From Chloroflexota bacterium (lineage in GTDB: Bacteria > Chloroflexota > Dehalococcoidia > GIF9 > AB-539-J10): DNA of 64,000 nt. The stretch spans positions 6,331 to 70,330 of the forward strand of contig DAITOK010000005.1 in the NCBI GenBank assembly GCA_036834125.1. The letters run 5' to 3'. Shown in pieces: positions 60,762 through 64,000 of this stretch. The number at the start of each line of letters is the position of its first letter. Within the stretch, counting starts at the first letter, position 1. Made by a program: the position numbers and the translations under genes. The notes beneath the pieces are model-generated. The model made no database searches. It saw nothing but the letters and a program-made list of their open reading frames with translations, and was not told the DNA's origin.

Positions 60762-61483
60762 CTGCCGAGCTCTCCACATTCATAAAGAACAAGAGTGACG
60801 GCAACCAGAGCCGCTGTTTCAGCCCGTAAGACACGTTTGCCGAGCGTTACTGGTATTATGCCTCTGCTACGGGCAAACTCAACTTCCTGAGCAGAGAATC
60901 CCCCTTCAGGACCGATGAAGATATTTATGGTGGTGGCATTTCGTTCTCGAAGGACATTCTTCAACCCGAGCTCACTTTCCTCTTCCCAGGGAAGCATAGA
61001 GAGACCGAAGGCTGAGTCACAGGCTTTCTCAAACGGTAATAACGGCTCCAAAAGTGGCAGCTTGCCACGCTGCGACTGTTCGGCTGCTTCAGTGATGATA
61101 GTTTGCCAGCGGCTCATGCGCGTCTTGCCGATGTCTCGAGAAACGCATCGTTCACAAAGCATGGGAGTAAAGCTGGCGACGCCAACCTCAGTGCATTTTT
61201 GCAGGACGAATTCGAACTTACTGCCTTTGAGAAGAGCTTGATAGAGATGAACCTGGACCTTCGGTTCGTTCGGGCAAAAGGAACAGTCAATGATTTCTCC
61301 TCTCACCATGTTCTTATCCACGCTGCTAAGCTTGATCTGGTATTGGAAGCCAGTGTTATCAAGGACAATGAGGCTCTGTCCCGGCTTTGCCCTGAGCACG
61401 TTGTGAATTTGGAGAGCTTGCTTGCCCTTGATACAAACCTTGTCCCCCTCTATTCGCTCCTGAGGGATGAAAAAGCGGTGCAT
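60758..61483 (-). CDS. rsmE: 16S rRNA (uracil1498-N3)-methyltransferase RsmE
   Basis: MHRFFIPQERIEGDKVCIKGKQALQIHNVLR (PUA-like N-terminus) and a SPOUT C-terminal domain. Confidence 0.85.
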   Translation of the reverse strand: MHRFFIPQERIEGDKVCIKGKQALQIHNVLRAKPGQSLIVLDNTGFQYQIKLSSVDKNMVRGEIIDCSFCPNEPKVQVHLYQALLKGSKFEFVLQKCTEVGVASFTPMLCERCVSRDIGKTRMSRWQTIITEAAEQSQRGKLPLLEPLLPFEKACDSAFGLSMLPWEEESELGLKNVLRERNATTINIFIGPEGGFSAQEVEFARSRGIIPVTLGKRVLRAETAALVAVTLVLYECGELGS

Positions 61484-61513
61484 GCTATGAGATTAACCCA
61501 AAGGGTTTCCTGT

Positions 61514-63040
61514 TTACATGACTCTCTTGAGCCTGGGGTTGGGAGTGATGCCAGGCATTCTGCCTCTTTTGGCGATCGGTTTGCCATTTACTTCGTGGAG
61601 GTCAGCGGTGAAGTCAATAGGTTTGGCGTCGCTGATATAGCTGCCCACGGCGAAGATATCCACAGGTGCCCCTTCGCCTATGAAATATTTGATTCGTTCC
61701 GGGTCAAGCCCACCGCTGACCACTATCTTCACATCCTTGAATCCCTCCAGATCCAGCCAGGCTCGGATTTCCTTGACCAGCTCAGCAGTAACCCGACCTC
61801 TTTCCGACGGGGTGTCTAACCGTACACCCTGCAGTTTTCCTTGCATAGCTTTAGCTACGGTGATACTTTCTCGAACCTCGTCTTCGAAGGTGTCTACCAG
61901 AACGATGCGCGGGACTTCGGGAGGCATATGTTTGTCAAAGGCTAAGCTAGCTTTTACGGTGTTGCCCAGGATAATGATAAGGGCATGGGGGATGGTGCCG
62001 GTGGGTTTGATGCCAGCAAGCTTGGCACCGGCAGTGGTGGCGCAGCCGACACAGCCTCCTACTATAGCGGAGTATTCCATGATGCCCGCTACAGAAGGAT
62101 GGACATGGCGCGCTCCGAAGCTGATGATGGGAATCCCACGCGCAGCTTCGACACATTCCCGAGCGGCAGTAGCCCAGCCACTGCAGTGAGAAAGCATGCC
62201 CAGGTAAGCTGTTTCATAGGTGCCATAGCTTTGATAGGGGGCTGTTATGCGCATAACAACTTCTTTCTTGTCGAAAGATTCGCCTTCAGATAATGCCCAG
62301 ACCTCACGGTTGTTCTCGGGCAGGACTTTGGCGAGCAGGGCTTTGACTTCTTCGATGCCACAAAGAATACCGTCCCGGCGCGGGAATACCTCCATAGTAG
62401 CTACGGGGTTGACGCCTTCTCTCTTCAGTATTTCCACCGTGCGGACGAAATATATATCAGCGGTTTCTCCGCTTAGCCAGGGCTCAGGAATTTCAAAGCG
62501 AGGTGAAGGGACCTCGATTACAGGCTTAATAAGCTTGGCGCCCAGCACCTTCTCCATATGTTCCAGGGCGAAGAAATGGGCTTTTTCGTCGAAGGAAGCA
62601 ACGCAACCAACAGGCACCTCGACATCATAACCTCTAGCTCGCGCATCGGCTACTGTGTGGAGCACACAGATGTCGGTGCATACGCCGCACATGACCAATG
62701 TCTCAGGCTTTAGCGCCTTCAGTTTCCTTTCCAGAGGCGTGTCATGAAAACCGCTGAAGGTTTTCTTGGGTACGACTTCACCGGGATACTGAGAAAGCTC
62801 CGGTATGATTTCAGCTTCAGAAGTCCCTTGAATGCAGTGACGAGGAAACATTTTGAATTCAGGGTCATCGGGCGTGTGCTGGTCGCACACATAAAAAATC
62901 CTACTTCCCGATCTTGTTTCTTGTGCCAACAGTTTTTGGATGTTAGGGATAATGCTCCGAGCTCGCGCACCACAGTAAAGAGGATAACCTTCCTCCAGAA
63001 ACCCCCGAAGCATATCAATGACCAGCACTACTCTAGCCAT
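61514..63040 (-). CDS. Bifunctional fusion: N-terminal nicotinamidase/isochorismatase-fold (PncA-like) plus C-terminal nicotinate phosphoribosyltransferase (PncB, short type)
   Basis: N-terminus VVLVIDMLRGF...YVCDQHTPDDPEF...CGVCTDICV (Asp/Lys/Cys cysteine hydrolase). The C-terminal ~330 aa has an NAPRTase-like barrel (GARHVHPSVAGIMEYSAIVGGCVGCATTAG...VRLDTPSERG...VSGGLD). Confidence 0.75.
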   Translation of the reverse strand: MARVVLVIDMLRGFLEEGYPLYCGARARSIIPNIQKLLAQETRSGSRIFYVCDQHTPDDPEFKMFPRHCIQGTSEAEIIPELSQYPGEVVPKKTFSGFHDTPLERKLKALKPETLVMCGVCTDICVLHTVADARARGYDVEVPVGCVASFDEKAHFFALEHMEKVLGAKLIKPVIEVPSPRFEIPEPWLSGETADIYFVRTVEILKREGVNPVATMEVFPRRDGILCGIEEVKALLAKVLPENNREVWALSEGESFDKKEVVMRITAPYQSYGTYETAYLGMLSHCSGWATAARECVEAARGIPIISFGARHVHPSVAGIMEYSAIVGGCVGCATTAGAKLAGIKPTGTIPHALIIILGNTVKASLAFDKHMPPEVPRIVLVDTFEDEVRESITVAKAMQGKLQGVRLDTPSERGRVTAELVKEIRAWLDLEGFKDVKIVVSGGLDPERIKYFIGEGAPVDIFAVGSYISDAKPIDFTADLHEVNGKPIAKRGRMPGITPNPRLKRVM

Positions 63041-63049
63041 CTGTTACCA

Positions 63050-63364
63050 CTAATCAGGTTCAAGGCTGTAGCTTTTCTGCAAAAAGGCGATGTAATCGTC
63101 TAGCAAAAAAGCTGCTTTGTTGCTATCTCCTTTCCGCAAAACTTCTAAAATATTCTGGAGCATTCGCAATTCTGTGTCTAGCTGAGGCACAAGATTACAG
63201 ATGTTGCCGCAACAAGAACTCCACTCCGCTCTGGCTAGATGCGATTCCTTTGCCCGTATCATGTTTTCCAAGGCAACAACACATTCTGACTTTTTCCTGG
63301 AATCAGCCATCTTATCTCTGAGGGAAATAAGGCTGTTCATAGCTTCTTTGCTAATCATAAACAT
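63050..63364 (-). CDS. Hypothetical ~104-aa protein with CCGNIC motif
   Basis: ATG at 63364 is 7 nt after AGGAG; no domain recognised with confidence. Confidence 0.4.
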   Translation of the reverse strand: MFMISKEAMNSLISLRDKMADSRKKSECVVALENMIRAKESHLARAEWSSCCGNICNLVPQLDTELRMLQNILEVLRKGDSNKAAFLLDDYIAFLQKSYSLEPD

Positions 63365-63469
63365 TTCTTGCTCCTGCAGGAAGAACCTTAGTTGTAACAC
63401 CTACATTTTAGACGAATAGCAAACGGTTGAAGTCCGAAGTTCATGGCTTCGGGTCTTGTATTGTCAGCC

Positions 63470-64000
63470 TTAGTGTCGGAAGTGGCGGACACCAGTAAAC
63501 ACCATGGCCACATTGTATTTGTCAGCTAATGCAATTACCTCTTTATCTCTGACCGAACCACCTGGCTGAATGATGGCGGTAACTCCATGTCTTATAGCCA
63601 GTTCCGGTCCGTCGGGGAACGGGAAGAAGGCATCTGAAGCAAGAACAGCGCCTTTGGCTCGCTCGCCAGCCCGTTTCAAAGCTATCTCAACGCTCACCAC
63701 CCGGCTGGGCTGTCCAGCGCCCATTCCCACCAAGGACTTGTCCCTGGCGATAACTATGGCGTTAGATTTTATAGCTTTGACTGCCTTCCAAGCAAATAAG
63801 AGGTCAGCGAGCTCAACTTCGCTAGGCGGGCGTTTGGTTACAATCCGAGGTTTGAATTCCGATTCGGTCATAGCGTCCGGAACTTGGGCTAGGAAACCGC
63901 CTCGTACCTGACGAAAATCGAGGCGGGATTCGGACAAAGAAGAACGGTAAGGAGCTGCCTTAATCAGACGCAGACTTTCTTTTCGCCCCAGCAGTTGAAC
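63470..64000 (-). CDS. purH: Bifunctional purine biosynthesis protein PurH, C-terminal part; N-terminus beyond the window end
   Basis: C-terminal PurH blocks AVLASDAFFPFPDGPE, TAIIQPGGSVRD, and MVFTGVRHFRH at the stop. The reading frame stays open to position 64000. Confidence 0.85.
   Translation of the reverse strand, partial: VQLLGRKESLRLIKAAPYRSSLSESRLDFRQVRGGFLAQVPDAMTESEFKPRIVTKRPPSEVELADLLFAWKAVKAIKSNAIVIARDKSLVGMGAGQPSRVVSVEIALKRAGERAKGAVLASDAFFPFPDGPELAIRHGVTAIIQPGGSVRDKEVIALADKYNVAMVFTGVRHFRH

Noticed and set aside
1-64000. CRISPR arrays, rRNA/tRNA genes, IS elements or integrases
   Set aside because: There are no regularly spaced direct repeats, no rRNA-like conserved stretches, no transposase or integrase ORFs and no terminal inverted repeats. 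The only tandem repeat is the intragenic PAS duplication.

Overview
This 64-kb window looks like a compact Chloroflexi-type chromosome segment. The mix of core genes, a cytoplasmic multi-PAS histidine kinase and about 48% GC is reminiscent of Dehalococcoides-like genomes; that taxon call is inference only.

Most of the window is tightly packed housekeeping genes:
- 1-8.4 kb: a complete glycogen metabolism cluster on the minus strand (glgB partial, glgA, glgC, a GT35 alpha-glucan phosphorylase, a GH57 enzyme), with a winged-helix regulator and two small unannotated genes.
- A decayed lipoprotein gene (InlB B-repeat plus one RCC1 repeat), then mutL and pcrA/uvrD.
- An amidase, rnc, a PflX-like radical SAM protein, acyP, a DUF362/MBL-hydrolase pair, pepA, and a P-loop kinase.
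- An HTH - 1490-aa cytoplasmic ~10-PAS histidine kinase - REC/HD-GYP-like regulator operon; the kinase carries a recent ~775-bp intragenic tandem duplication.
- uvrB, gltX, an unannotated 47-aa zinc-ribbon gene, leuS behind a 430-bp leader, proC, a radical SAM/SPASM protein, a ferredoxin, coaD, rsmD, a PadR plus membrane-sensor pair, and ruvB immediately downstream of rpoB-rpoC.
- tatD, trxA, cvpA, an ABC-2 transporter, rtcA, a Sir2 deacetylase next to a PncA-PncB fusion, rsmE, and purH (partial).

The one clearly accessory stretch is about 51.0-56.8 kb. It holds:
- a HepT/MNT toxin-antitoxin pair in which both genes are inactivated (nonsense codon in HepT, -1 frameshift in MNT);
- a translationally coupled operon of a DUF763-like HhH protein and a tandem-duplicated Cas4/RecB-family PD-(D/E)xK nuclease with Fe-S cysteine clusters;
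- a divergent operon of an atypical amino-methyltransferase (zinc finger N-terminus, motif I before motif IV, 'HPPY' in place of D/N/S-PPY, 230-aa C-terminal extension), a 45-aa Cys-rich micro-protein and a 189-aa hypothetical.
This is the best candidate for an undescribed restriction-modification-like or defence/repair module. No rRNA, tRNA or CRISPR arrays were found.
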